NCBI GenBank assembly: GCA_019828565.1
Contig: JAHDYR010000001.1
Coordinates: forward strand, 436,664-500,663
Direction: 5' to 3'
From: Carpediemonas membranifera BICM
Taxonomy: Eukaryota; Protista; Fornicata
Length of the DNA: 64,000 nt
Shown here: positions 11,101 through 24,600 of the stretch, piece after piece
How positions within the stretch are numbered: position 1 is the first letter of the stretch
Layout: every line of letters begins with the position of its first letter
Notes under the pieces: model-generated
Told to the model about the DNA's origin: nothing
The model's input: the letters and a program-made list of their open reading frames with translations, nothing else
Database searches by the model: none
Program-made: the position numbers and the translations under genes

Positions 11101-14100
11101 TCGCCGTAGCGGTAGGGCGGTACGTTGACCACTCTGTCATGTCGAAGGTCCAACCCGAATGGCTCCACATCGGCCGGCTCATCAATACCTCCGAACAACC
11201 CCCCTAGCTTCGCTAACACCTCTTCGACCTCCACGGTCAGGTCCATTATCACCGGCTTGGCATCATTGGTCTTCTGCGCGCTCGACAGGTAGACTTCTTC
11301 GTCAAACTCATCGCCCTCCAGCTCCAGGAACGTCTTGGTCCCTTCTCCAGCTGTTGGTAGATGGATTTCCACCAAGCCCAAGGCCGTTAGCGTCGGGAAT
11401 CCGAACACTATCTGCGGCTTAAGCCTCGGTAGGATGTAGAGTACTAGCTTCGCCGTAGTACGGCGTCCTGTCTTCGGAATAACTCCTAGATCGATGTTGA
11501 CTTCGATCTTCTCATGCACGTTGTAAACCGTCCCGCCTTGCAATCGAACCTTCACATTTGTGGGGATAATTTCATCCGCGAACCCCAACTCGTCGATCAA
11601 CGTCTTGTCGACAAAATCTGCGTCGGCCCCGGTGTCTAGCAATGTGTTAACGTCGCGACCGTCTACACACACCACGGCTTCAGGACGCTTCGCGGTCCCC
11701 TGGGCGACCAAAGAGGAAGAAGACAGAGAGAAACAAGCCTGAGTTTTTACACCCTTCTTGCGTTCGTCCCTCTGCTTCTTCCAGCACTTTGTGGCATCGT
11801 GGCCCACCTTGTTGCAGTAGGGGCACTTGGTAGACGCCTTGTCTTCATGCTTCTTCTTGGTCTTCTCGCCCTTCGACTCAACTGACTGACGCTGCGCCTC
11901 ACGTCTACCCTTCTCAGCCTCCAGGGCTAGCTCAAAAGCCACCTTCATGGTCTCCTCCAGATCCTTGCTCTTCTTCTTGGCGCCGATTCGCTCTCTCAGG
12001 ACTTGATAGCGGACTCCCGCGACGAACGCCTCCACGAGTTGCTTGGCTTGAGGCTGCAGCTCGCCGAAGTAGGAACACGTCTCCTTGAATTTCAGCACGT
12101 AATCGGCCATGTTCTCGACGAGATTGCCCGACTCGGGGCAATTCAGCTTCTTCAGCCATTCGATGGCCTCTAGCTCGTCGAGAGGTTGGAACATCTTGTT
12201 AATTAGGTCGATAAACTCCTCGTTCCACTCCGTCTCACGATCGGGGTCATGCTCATCCATCGGTTCATCCACCACCTGGAGAAAAGAGCCCAGCATGGGA
12301 GAACGGCACTTAAACGTTTCGAGCACTTCGTTTGACACCAGGTCGAAAATAGCAATCGGATCACGGCACATAGCGGCATAAGCACGCCAGGACTTAACCA
12401 TATGGCGCCACTCCGCCACAGAGACCTTATTAAGGTAGGGTGCGTAGTTCAGTACTGTTTCCGGTACTACCATGGCAATATATATTGTTGCAGCAGGAAA
12501 CACAGAGAGTGATTTAATTGATCCGGGGTAAATCAGTCATCAATTGATTACAGAAGGGCACCAGAACGCTACTACTGCGTCGCGCAGAAGATTTTTCAGG
12601 GAGATCGTTCGGAGCTAGCTCCAGAGCACGAAAAGAGGTGATACTGAATGCGAGGAGAGTGCTACGTGCCGCAGGGATCACCAACAACAGAGACGAGATC
12701 CTCCGTAACCCCAACGGAATCCTAGGGCTTCGAGACATCTTCTACGCAATGACAGAGGCCTTAGACCCGAGAGAGGACGAAGAACGGCGCCTAGCAGAGG
12801 CCAAGGAGAACGTCACCATCCAACCAGGGCACAGGGACATGAGCAAGTGGCCTTCCGACCACAAGATCGAAGAGGCCATCCTCCAACCGAGAGAACAGAG
12901 CAACATCGAGTGGGACAGTGAGAGAGACAGCATTGAGGGCAGAGAGACGGGCACATTCACGCTCACATCAGGGTATGGAGATGAGAAAGCCGTCGAGGCC
13001 ATCGCAGGAGAGGAGGTGTGGGACCCCACTAACCAGGGCCTGGTCACCAGGATCGCTATGGAGCAGGACGATGGCACCTACAAGGTCCTCATCGACATCA
13101 GAGATTGCAAAGCATGGCAGATCACCAGATTCATGGAGGAAGGCAGGGACATCCTCAGGTTGCAGGCCCCGGAGGCGCCGGCGGTCTGGCAGGCAGCTTG
13201 GTGCAAGACAGGAGTCAACACGGAGGGCAGAGGCGCAATAAGGGCACAAGGACAGGAGACGCCGCTCAGCAACAAGCTCGTCTTCTCTGACGTCAGGGCC
13301 AGGGTGATCAATGCCACCAGCCGCCGCCAAAAGAGGGACAGGGAAGAAGAGTCAGACAACGAGAGCGGCGCACAGACCAGCCAAGAGGAAGACCCCAAAC
13401 CCAAGGTCGTGTTGACACAAGCGGAAGGAGTGAGCGCCAGAAGGGGCCTTGGAGCCGAGCTTGATCAGCAGGAAGAAGAGAGCATACCCCGAGCATCAGA
13501 GGGAAGTGCATCAGCAGGGAGCCTACCGGAGGCATTGCAGAGTCAGGGTCAGAAGAAGCTCATCCTCGGTTCTATCGACTTCGAGTGTGGAGATCCTGGG
13601 AGTGAGAGGGCAGGGATCAGTGCGGTGCCGACAGAGGGGGGCTCGTGCTAGTGGACGTCGAGACGGGGGAGGTCGTTGGCCATGGCCACGGCCTCTTCTA
13701 TGAGCCCAACCTGCCGGCCAACAAGGTGGACCAGAGCAGATACGCGACGTGGGCAGTGACGGGGATTCCCCCAGCGACGTTCGTGGAAGTGGACACAGGG
13801 GAGGTGCCGATGGACTATCAGCAGCACTTCAGCAGATTTAGAGAGTGGGCCACGCGGCTCGCAGCCAAGCTGAGAGACAGAGAGACCAGGGAGAACTGGA
13901 AGCTAGTCCTTCATGCCAAGGGCGTCCACATGGAGAAGTTCCTCCTGACGAACGAGGTCAACGGGCTCAACAGGGACACCAGGGACTTCTTTAGAATGAG
14001 GCTGGTGGACGATAGCGAGCTGGCCGACGCCATCGAGGAGCTCGCCCCGGATAAGGCAAGAGAGTACAGGGCAAACTACGAGATCAAGAACTACAGGGAG

Positions 14101-15777
14101 ATGGCAGATATATGGGCCAGCCAATGGCAGCGCAGGGAGCTCCCGAAGGGGGCCTGTCCGTACCACAGGCACACTGCAGGGTGCTACCATTGTGCGCTGG
14201 CAGATGCAACGTTGTTCGCGGCGAAGGTATGGGGCATGATGCTGAAGAAGATGAGCACGCCGGATCTGGAGAGTGCGATGGGTAACGCTTTCAACAGCAT
14301 GTATGACACGGTCAGGGACGCAGGGATCAGAGACGACCTCTGCGGAGGCAACGGAGTAGCGTACAGGCGTGAGACCTTCAACATCTTCGGAGGGCACCCG
14401 TACGGCAACAGCAGGGACCTAAGCAGGGAAGAGGGCGACCGCATCCTAGTGGTCCCGGACAACGATCACTGCTATGGGATCGGCTTCGGATTCAGCGAGG
14501 TCATTAAGGGTATGAAGGGCATTCTATTGGCCCCAACCACGGTCATGGAGAGAGGAGTCACCACGAGAGTCCCCATATGGTCGATCCATGAGAACACGAC
14601 CCACATTCAGAGACTGATGCTGCAGGGAAGAGCTGGCAGGGCAGTTACTAGGGACGAGGACATCGTCACCATCGCGATGGTCTACAGCTGGTGGCCCTCA
14701 AGGGAGGATACTGCTCATCAGGGTCAGCCGGGAGTCCACGACCTGGCAGAGAGCGTCAGACGCGAGGAGAAAGCCATAGCGAACGTCAGGGCACCCCCAG
14801 GGTATAGCGCAACCATCAGAGCGGCCTTCATCCCGAGAGACTGGGGCTGTATCAGGGTCAGAGAGGCAGGGACGACACTGGGACGGATGAAGAAGGTGGG
14901 GACCCGTATGGTGTCCACGACCATCCCGCCAGAGGATAACTGCAAGATCACCCAGAGGCCGACGGTTAAGTACATCCCGTCAAGAGATGGAAAGGAGGAG
15001 AGACCCTACACGGTCGATTACTCGGACATGGGCATAGAGGGATCTATCAGACGGCTCACCGAGATGATTGGCACGCCGGTCGGGCCAGTAGGCCGAGATG
15101 ACCTCTATACCAACAACCGCCGAGCCGACGGAACCCTCAGAGACGAGAGAGAGCCCAGAAACAACGGCGTCCATCGGTGCGACAGAGAGCGCAGGGACGT
15201 CAGGCCTCACCATGAGGACAGGGAGCGCATAGAGGTCAGGCCTCACCATGAGGACAGAGAGCGCAGGGACGATCAGGGCAGAGACTCCGGAGAGAGCAGA
15301 CGCCGCTCACCCCCTCATGGGACCGGCAAGAGGAGTGGCAAGGACAGGGCGGTGAGCTACACAGGGGCTGGAAAGAGGGGCAAGCTCGACGGCGACGCCC
15401 GTTACGAGGCTGGAAGCAGACAGTCGAGTGACAGCGACGCGGAGAGGGACGAACTCAGGAAGGAACTTGATGAAGCCAAGAAGCTGATTCTCGCACTCAG
15501 GGCCAGGGACAGCAGGGAGGAGGAGCAGGCGACGCCAACCCCAGCACCGGCTGACACCCAGGGAAACCAGGGTACCGGCAAGGAGCACAGGGTAGTCCGC
15601 CACAAGAAGAGGACTCGGACAAAGAGGTCTCGCAAGCCGAGACAGCTAAACCAGATGGAGCTAGTGGCCCAGATCGTGTCAACGGTGATGAAGACCATGC
15701 AGCAACAACAGGGGATGGCAACCGAGAACCAGAGCGATGATGGCAGTGACAGTGGCAACTCAACGGAGACCGATTAA
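8149..15777 (+). CDS. LINE ORF1, about 1,100 aa, no recognised domain (8149-8269 joined to 12558-15777; frameshift near 13640)
   Basis: YLMEEK joins GTRTLL...VILNARR in frame after removing Ty3-2; CPYHRHTAGCYHC cluster; charged coiled-coil and basic C-terminus. Confidence 0.65.
8270..12552 (-). mobile_element. Ty3/gypsy chromovirus-like LTR retrotransposon Ty3-2
   Basis: Identical 67-bp TG..CA LTRs (8270-8336, 12486-12552); 5-bp TSD GAAGG (8265-8269, 12553-12557); PPT GGGGGAAG. Confidence 0.95.
8617..12473 (-). CDS. Ty3-2 gag-pol polyprotein (homopolymer frameshift near 10460)
   Basis: CPYCNKVGHDATKC knuckle, LLDTGA protease, YVDD RT, TDAS RNase H, DDE integrase, EYVVEEI..TWEP chromodomain. 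Confidence 0.93.
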
Positions 15778-16095
15778 GCAGGGTAAAGTGGTATTCTTTG
15801 AGAGTGATAGTGACAGTTGTCAGTTCTTTTCTTTTAATCCAACCCTGGCTCCCACCCAGGGTCCGGCATTAGCTGAAATGCACTGCCGGTGGGCTGTGGC
15901 GGCAGCCAAAGGGGGGTCACGCCAATGCGCCCCCTCCTAAGTATCCCCTGCCCGAAGGTAAGGATGGTCACCAGGGTAACCCATAGTTGGCCCGCCATGG
16001 GTAACCGGAGCCGGCACGAAGGCCCCGTGACGGGACAAGGGCAGATTGCAGGGAATTTCCGAAAATTCGCAGGATAGGAAAGACGGAGTACAAGA

Positions 16096-19000
16096 ATGGA
16101 AACGATCAAGATAGCGAGCCTGAACACTGAGGGACACATCGGGAAGGGAAAGGACTTCACGGCCTCAATGGCAACGGCTATAAGGATGAAACTGAGCGAC
16201 ACAGATGCAGTATGCATCCAAGAAACGTGGAGGACGGCGAATACGAGGGTACACAACTTCATAGACTTCGACTACGCAATGGCAGGGAAGGAAACAGAGG
16301 AGGAGCTAGCTATGGACAACGAGAGGAGGAAGAAAGAAGCCCAAAGCCAGCGCCGAATAGATGCCCAGCTGGGCATAGCAGGGAGCAGTAGCCGGACGCC
16401 CAGGACGAGGGGTACTAGAGAAGGAGTGGGCACAATCATCAACCCAAGAGCAAGAGGGAGCTGGGACGTAGGCATCACAGATAGCTTATCAGGGAGGATA
16501 CAGGTGAGCATACTCAGAACCCATAGGGACATCCTGGTGATCAACGTGTATGGCCCACCGGTCGGCCACGGAAGGGAGGAGAAGGACGAGTTCAGGGACG
16601 ATAAGGAGCATTCTGGAGATGAAAGGAGAGATGGAAACAATCATCATAGGGGACTGGAACCTCGACCCCAAAAGGATAGCCACAATGGCAAGATGGAAGG
16701 ACCTGATCAGGGACTATAAGCTGGGAGCAGTGATCCCCATGGAAGGTACCCTCACCAAGGGAACTACCACTCCGGACTTCGCGCTGGTATCATCAGGGAT
16801 CAGAGGAGCAAGGATAGAAGTACTGGATGCTAGTCGACTCGGAGTCTGGGGGTCAGCCCACAACATGATAAGACTGGAATGGAGGGAACAACGGATCCAA
16901 CGGACTACAAAGAGAGAGGAAGTCCTAGACATACCGGGCGTCAGAGTGTGGAACATGAGGAAGAAGGCTGAACGCACATCAGTCAGAAGACTGCACCGTT
17001 TTAAGAGCCTGGATGAGTGGGAGGAGGATATCAGGAAGGATATGGGCGAGCCGTCAGGTCACCCAGGCAGTGGAGACAGGGAAGAGGTCATCAAAGAAAA
17101 GGTGTGGTCGGAACTCCGGCACACACCATGGACAGAAGAGGGAAACAAGACCAGAAGTGAGATCATGAAGCGTGTGCTACAGGCCTTCTGGGGAAAACGC
17201 AGGGAAGAGTGGATCCAGGACCTCAGCCGGAGCGCGAAGGAAGGATACAAAGCATCCAGGTCCATGGTGGAAGCAGCGGTAAGAAGATGGTGGTGTGAAA
17301 ACCAGTTCAAGGGCATGCCAGAGAGCATACTGAAGGACGGGAAGATTACCACCAACAAGGAAGAAATAGGTAAGATCCTCCTACAACAGTATGCAGGAGT
17401 GAGCAGGGGCAGGGAACCGGAGTGGAAGGATAGAGGCAATGGAAAGAGGGAGGACGAATTTAAGGAGAGAGAAATACGAGAAGCGATCAGAAGGATAAAG
17501 AGGGACACTGCACCGGGACCGGACCACACTACAGGGGACATGCTCAGGGACACAGATGACCAGGGGATCGCTCAGATAACTAGGCTCATGAACAGGGTAT
17601 ACAGGGAGGGCAAGATCCCGACAACATGGAAGTATGCTACAGTCTCGGCCATCCACAAGACAGGGAAGCCCAGAGTGAAGCCGGAGTCGTACAGACCCAT
17701 CTCGCTAACACCACTACTGTATAGGGTGTATGGTAGGCTCCTGAAGAGAAGATTAGAAGCAGCCACATGGCACCTCATCCCAAGAGAGCAAGCAGGGTTC
17801 CAATCGGATAAGGACGTAATACAACAGATACAATACATCGTGCAGAGACACCAGGAAGGGGGGGAGACCACGTCGATCTTCCTAGACATAGAGAAAGCCT
17901 ATGACACCGTCCCGAGGGACATCCTCATGGATAAGCTGCAGGGAATGGGGGTCGAAGACCACCTCATCAGGGCAATACAGAGTACATTAGAAGAGACATG
18001 GATCTCGGTGAAGGGGCAGGGTCATGGGAGAGAACAAACAGGGGAGTGAAGCAAGGATGTGTCCTAGCGCCGACCCTGTTCGTTTTGTTCATGGCAAACT
18101 GGCCTCACCTGGTCAGGAAGAAGCATCAGGGACAAGAGTACGATATCAGGGAACCACCAACGGAGTTACCAAGAGTCCGGGACACGCTGCCGGCCACCCT
18201 AACCATGTTCGTGGACGATACAGCGGTCACAGGGGAGACACCGGAAAAGAGCAAGATAGTGGCGAACCTAGTCATAGAAGTTATCAAGGAGCACCTCATG
18301 AGGGCAAATGCACAAAAGAGTGAGATGATCAGTGTAGACAGGGCAGCAGTGGCGAGAGTGGGGGAGTTACCCTAATGGCAAAAGAGGAAGCTAAGTACCT
18401 AGGTCTCTGGATAGCCAGCGGAAAAGACCCACTGGCAGCCTGTATCAGAAAGAAGCGGGAGCAGAGCGAAAGGTACAAGAAGCTAGTGAGAAGAGTGGGA
18501 TGGACCAGAGGCAACATGCCGGCACTAGCCAGCAGGCTCCTCCTCGAAGTTTACATATGGCCGAGGATAATGTTTGGAGTGGAGGTGTGGGGCTACGCAG
18601 CAGGGGGGAACAAGATATGGACGGATTGGCAGGGCATCATGGCCGGAACAGGCCCAGGTGGGGGCTCGGTCATGCGCATCTTGAACGGATGGATGGACCT
18701 GCAAGCCCACCTGGAGATGCTAGCAGTCAAGAGGATCGTGACAAGCAGGGGCCAGGATATACCAATCAGAGACAGGGTCTGGAAGGAGGGATCGATTATG
18801 TGGAAAGCCAGGGACTCAGTGAACGCACTCCTCAGAGGAACAAGAGAGGGAGCAACGAATGCAGGGAAGATAGACTTTGGTAGGGAGATGGTAAGAATGA
18901 ACTGGACCAGGAGGTGCAAGAGCAAGACAGCGGTGGGGCTCATGGAAGTCCTAGGACCCAAACGTATGGGAAAGTGCATGGCGGGGAAACCGGCCATAAG

Positions 19001-19541
19001 TAGGAAGACAGGGAAGTGGCAGTCAAGGGCAGAGTGGAAAAGGATAGTGTCGGTGGCAGCGAATGTCAGCCCGTCTCCATCATCAGCGGAAAGGGGAGAA
19101 GGCCCAGAGCGAGCGCTGGCGGACCTGGCGATGGGTGAGGAACTCAAACACAAGATACAAAGGAGGTGCCCCCTGTGCACAAAGGAGAGCGAGATAGAGT
19201 TACTGTGGCAAATAGCGAGAGAGCAGCCAAACCAAGCCAGGAAGCAGGCACTAATCAGGGAGTGGGTAAGGGGTCAGCCGCTGGGATCGGCGGCCCACAT
19301 TATGTGTGAGTGCCCAGAAGTTGAAAGAGGAGATGACTGGGAAAAGATATGGAAGACAGCTAAGGAGAGGACCAGGGAATTGCAAGTCAGAAGAGGCCCG
19401 AATGGGAGGTGGTATGAGAAGAGGCCAATCTTAGAGGTGCAACAACTAGTGTTAACAGGGTCGGAAGAGATATGGGAAGGACTGCGAGCTGGGCTGAGAG
19501 CCCTGGCAAAGGTCTATGATAGCTATAGAATAGATGGATAG
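16096..19541 (+). CDS. LINE ORF2: apurinic-like endonuclease, reverse transcriptase and C-terminal CCHC (three frameshifts)
   Basis: EN: SLN, IQET, INVYGP, GDWN. RT: APGPD, YRPISL, EQAGF, LDIEKAYD, GVKQG..LAP, FVDD, KYLG. C-terminal CPLC...HIMCEC. Confidence 0.9.
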
Positions 19542-20311
19542 ATAAGGAACACCACATCCAGAAAGGGGGCAGGGAAGCATAGACTCTGGGATCAAGGGGA
19601 GACCCCCATGTTTCCCAGGGAGAGGGCAGGGCCAGGGACAGAGGAAATCCATCAATTGGATGGTTGCACCACTCGCGGTGAACCTAAGGAAACTGCAGGG
19701 ACTGAGCATGGGATACGGGGGACATGACGTCCCCGCCGCCCTTGTGAACGATAGAGGGACGCTGGGAAGTGTAGCACAAGAGAACTATCATAAGGGGTAC
19801 TAGGCCTTGCAGATCTAGAGTCTGTGTTAGCCCTAGCCCACGCCGCCTAACAGGGGTAGATGAGAGGGACTTAGTTGCTTTCCCCGCCCACGGGTAGGCC
19901 ACTTAACAGGGTCGTGGGGGCACTGAACAGGGAATCTGGAAAGAGGAGAGGGTGCCATGCTTGAACGACCCCGTAGGGACTGCAGGGAATCAGGGAGTGC
20001 TATAGAGAAGGTCTTGCAGGACAAACCTGCCTGTGGAAGCACCGAGGACAGACCCCCAGGCTCCCTGGAAGCTGCCGGGTTTACAGGGAGACAGGAAAGC
20101 GCTCAGCGCACGGAGATGGCGAAGGCCTATGAGGGGAAGTGAAATCGGGAGTGAGCGGAAGCAGTAGCACCGAATCGCTCGTTGGACGCAGCTGACAAGT
20201 CCAATCGCAGGGAGGAGGCAGCGCCCCGGGGAACTCGGCTCCAGTAATAAGGGAGATCAGCCTAAGTAACCGGGGCCCGATACCAGGCACCATAAATTTT
20301 CTTTCTTTCTT

Positions 20312-21509
20312 TCTGAGTTTCCCTTGGATCTCGCTCTTCGGGATATGGATTGAGGATATTCCTTCCTCGGCGACTGTGCTATTTCTAGCGGCAATGGCGT
20401 TGAGTTCTTCTTCAATAACGCATAGGTATTCGTTGTTGGCAAGGAATTCGTCGTTTGCTTCCTCCTTGTTGGCCCTCTTCTCGGAACGGAAAGACATGTG
20501 GAACCCCTCGTTCGAGAGGAATCCCAGTGATCTGAGGTCCTTGGTACCCATAATAAGCTTCTCCTGCGTACCATCCAGCACGTAGAACCTGATCTTACAG
20601 ACGATGTCCATCTTCTCGAGATGGGTAAATCGCACCGTCAACCGTTCTCGCGGGATCGACGTTGAGGGCAGTCGTTGTCGTAATGCTGCCCTTGGCAGAA
20701 GCGGCAGGGTCGAAAGGGCTTCTTGGTGGCCTTGGAGCTGGTCTCGCCCGGTGGGCGGGAGCCGACGGTCGTCGTCTTGTTGATCGTGGAGCTAGTGGGG
20801 GCGCTGTCAGGGGAGTCCGTGGTGGGCGTGTTCTCGTCTTCCACCGAAGCTACTATCTTAGCTAGTTTCATGAGCTCGTTGATGTTCTTCGGCTTGATGA
20901 GCGTTCTTTCGAGTTCGAGCTTCTTGTAGAACACCTTGGGTTTGAGGCGGTACATAAAGGCCTTACAGAGGACCTTGTCGAAGTGTTCCGCTCTCAGGGC
21001 GGCTAGCTCGCTGTCGGAGGCTGGTCTTTCTTGCTCCTTCTTGACAGCATTTCCTTCGTCGTCGAGGACGGCGACAGTCTCTTCACGCGCCTCTGTAGCG
21101 GCGAGAGGGCGTGGTTAAGGGCCGTTTCACGGCAGGCAACCTCTTTCACGAGGTCGGTGTACTCAGAAAAGTCGGCGCAGTAGTTTCTCATGGCCGCTGA
21201 GCGATTGAGTCCCTTGCTAGTTAAAGGACAGTCAATTGCATCAACGGCGTCCTTCAAGGCTCCCAAGGACTTCGGGATAGCCTCACTGCGTAGGTAAGTA
21301 ATCGTCTGCTCGAGGGAAAGCTCTTCAATGCTCTTCCCTTGATTAAACTCTTCAGCGGCGCGTTGGAGCGATTCAGGCAGAAGCACCCCAGGCGGGAAAT
21401 CAGCGTTTTGTGCCACCCAAATGCGCGCGGCCCGTTTGAAGTCACGAATGGCCGGGAGAGTTATCTTTTTGGGATCAAGGCTCGGCACATCTACAGTAAT
21501 GTTAACCAT
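20312..21509 (-). CDS. Ty3-1 gag and partial protease (frameshifted; protease active site apparently deleted near 20640)
   Basis: ATG at 21509; CRFCQGQHYDNDC knuckle; FYVL..LIMG protease C-half without a DS/TG motif. Confidence 0.75.
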
Positions 21510-21536
21510 GCCCAGTCGTCCAGAAAGTGATCACTT

Positions 21537-21611
21537 TGTGTCGGAACTATTTAATAAGGTAAACCTGCTTGGTGGTAATAATGGCCACAACTATTCTGGA
21601 GCCCCACGACA
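21537..21611 (-). repeat. Ty3-1 5' LTR (75 bp)
   Basis: Identical to 4717-4791. Confidence 0.93.
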
Positions 21612-24600
21612 CAGCTACTGGCGTGGGAAATGGGCTGGAAGCGGCCACCATCGCAGGCCTGGGCGTAGATGTGGGGCTGCCCGTCGTTGGGGACGAAGTA
21701 GCCCGGCGTCGTGTCGAGGCAGAACTCCTTGCCGTGTTCAGGCTGGTACTGGCCGGCATTACACGGAAATTGGACCGCCGAGGCGTTTCTAGGGACGTGA
21801 TACCCAGCGTCTGCATCTAAGCAGCCGTCAGTCTCCGCGGCCGGTTGATACGTGCCATTGACGCACCACCGTTGCCTCGTGTGGTCAGTGTCGAGCACGT
21901 AGTACCCTGGATCTGACAGCTTGCAGTCGGTCATGCCGGTCTCGTCAGAGTAGCGGCCGGTCAGGCAAGGGTCGCACATACTCATCCCGGTGTAGGTCTG
22001 GTGATAGCCCAGGTCGCACGGGGTCTGGGCCGGGTGGGGCTGGCCGTCGTTGGGGACGTAGTGGCCCTTGCTCGCGATGACACAACGGTCCTGCATTCTG
22101 TCGGGCTGATACTTGCCATCGAAGCATGGGAGCTCTCGCGTGTGGTCGGAATCGCTCACGAACCACCCAGGGTCCGCCATCTTGCAGGCCACCTGTGTCG
22201 GGTCAGTCGTGTAGTTGCCGACACCGCACGTTGGGCAGGACGGCTGGGCTCGGTCCGGTTGGAAGGACCCTGGCGCGCATTGTGTCTGCTGTAGGTGGGG
22301 CTTGTTGTCGTCAGGGACGTAGTAGCCGGGGGCAGACTCGATGCAGACGGCCTTGGCTGACTCTGGCTGATAGTGGCCGTCATCACACACCAGCTGCTGC
22401 GTGTGATCAGCGTCTTTCACATACCACCCGGCTGTAGCAGGATTGCAGTCGACCGTCGCGGTGACGTTAGTGTAATAACCCGACTCACACGTGACACAGT
22501 GACTCTGACCGACCGCGTCCTGGTGCTTGCCCTTGGCACAGGCTGTCTGGCTCGGATGGGCCTCGGCCTTGTCGGGCACGAAGTAGCCCTTGCTGGCTAC
22601 CACGCATTCGCTCTGGCCCTCCTTCGGCTGGTACTTGCCGTTGTAGCATGGCAGCTGCGTCGGGTGAGGCGTCTTTGCAGCAGTATCGTCGGCACGGTAG
22701 TAGCCAGCGCTGGTGGTCTTGCAGCCGCTCTTGCCAGTCTCGTCCTGGTACTTCCCGCCCATGTCACACGGGTCCTGTGTCGCGTGTGGTCGACTGTCCT
22801 TCGGCACGTGATACCCCCTTGTCCGCCGGGTCACAGTTGGCCTGACCGGTCTTGGCCTGCCACGTGCCGTTGTCACAATAGTCCTGGGTTGCATGCGGTT
22901 TCCCATCGGATGGGACGAAACAACCCTTGTCCGCTGTTAAGCAACTGTCCTGGCCTTCATTAGGCTGGTACTTTCCGTCATCGCATGGCAGCTCCTCGGC
23001 TCGGTCGCTGTCTGGCACGTAGTAACCGGCTCTGGCGGGCAGACAGTCGGCCTCGCCTGTAGTGGGGGCATAGTGGCCGATGGGGCACATGGTACACCGC
23101 GTCTCGTGCGGCTTGTCCTGGTACTGGCCGTCTGGGCACGGGATGGGACGAAGGTGGGGTTCACCGTCGTCAGGAACATAGTACCCGGGCTGGGTCTCGA
23201 GACACTTGCTCTGTGCAGGTTTAGGCTGGTACATGCCACTGTCACACACCACCTGCTCACCGTGGTTGCCGTCATAAACATACCACCCGGCTGTAGCAGG
23301 ATTGCAGTCGACCGTCGCGGTGACGTTAGTGTAATAACCCGACTCACACGTGACACAGTGACTCTGACCGACCGCGTCCTGGTGCTTGCCCCTTGGCACA
23401 GGCTGTCTGGCTCGGATGGGCCTCGGCCTTGTCGGGCACGAAGTAGCCCTTGCTGGCTACCACGCATTCGCTCTGGCCCTCCTTCGGCTGGTACTTGCCG
23501 TTGTAGCATGGCAGCTGCGTCGGGTGAGGCGTCTTTGCAGCAGTATCGTCGGCACGGTAGTAGCCAGCGCTGGTGGTCTTGCAGCCGCTCTTGCCAGTCT
23601 CGTCCTGGTACTTCCCGCCCATGTCACACGGGTCCTGTGTCGCGTGTGGTCGACTGTCCTTCGGCACGTGATACCCCTTGTCCGCCGGGTCACAGTTGGC
23701 CTGACCGGTCTTGGCCTGCCACGTGCCGTTGTCACAATAGTCCTGGGTTGCATGCGGTTTCCCATCGGATGGGACGAAACAACCCTTGTCCGCTGTTAAG
23801 CAACTGTCCTGGCCTTCATTAGGCTGGTACTTTCCGTCATCGCATGGCAGCTCCTCGGCTCGGTCGCTGTCTGGCACGTAGTAACCGGCTCTGGCGGGCA
23901 GACAGTCGGCCTCGCCTGTAGTGGGGGCATAGTGGCCGATGGGGCACATGGTACACCGCGTCTCGTGCGGCTTGTCCTGGTACTGGCCGTCTGGGCACGG
24001 GATGGGACGAAGGTGGGGTTCACCGTCGTCAGGAACATAGTACCCGGGCTGGGTCTCGAGACACTTGCTCTGTGCAGGTTTAGGCTGGTACATGCCACTG
24101 TCACACACCACCTGCTCACCGTGGTTGCCGTCATAAACATACCACCCGGCTGTAGCAGGATTGCAGTCGACCGTCGCGGTGACGTTAGTGTAATAACCCG
24201 ACTCACACGTGACACAGTGACTCTGACCGACCGCGTCCTGGTGCTTGCCCTTGGCACAGGCTGTCTGGCTCGGATGGGCCTCGGCCTTGTCGGGCACGAA
24301 GTAGCCCTTGCTGGCTACCACGCATTCGCTCTGGCCCTCCTTCGGCTGGTACTTGCCGTTGTAGCATGGCAGCTGCGTCGGGTGAGGCGTCTTTGCAGCA
24401 GTATCGTCGGCACGGTTGTAGCCAGCGCTGGTGGTCTTGCAGCCGCTCTTGCCAGTCTCGTCCTGGTACTTCCCGCCCATGTCACACGGGTCCTGTGTCG
24501 CGTGTGGTCGACTGTCCTTCGGCACGTGATACCCCTTGTCCGCCGGGTCACAGTTGGCCTGACCGGTCTTGGCCTGCCACGTGCCGTTGTCACAATAGTC

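Larger units (their letters stand above)
7584..20311 (+). mobile_element. APE-type non-LTR retrotransposon (LINE), about 8.4 kb after removing Ty3-2
   Basis: 13-14 bp TSD (T)CTGAGTTTCCCTT at 7570-7583 and 20312-20325, whose removal restores Ty3-1 pol (EIQGKLRALVK); (TTTC)n 3' tail; ORF1 plus ORF2. Confidence 0.9.
4717..21611 (-). mobile_element. Ty3/gypsy chromovirus-like LTR retrotransposon Ty3-1 (hosts the LINE)
   Basis: Identical 75-bp TG..CA LTRs; 4-bp TSD CAGC (4713-4716, 21612-21615); PPT GGGGGAGAGG next to the 3' LTR; order gag-PR-RT-RH-IN-chromodomain. Confidence 0.93.

Noticed and set aside
21521-21537. GTGATCACTTTC as a primer site for the SSU rRNA 3' end or U1 snRNA
   Set aside because: Only gapped partial complementarity, and it cannot explain the three AT-rich palindromes in the other families.
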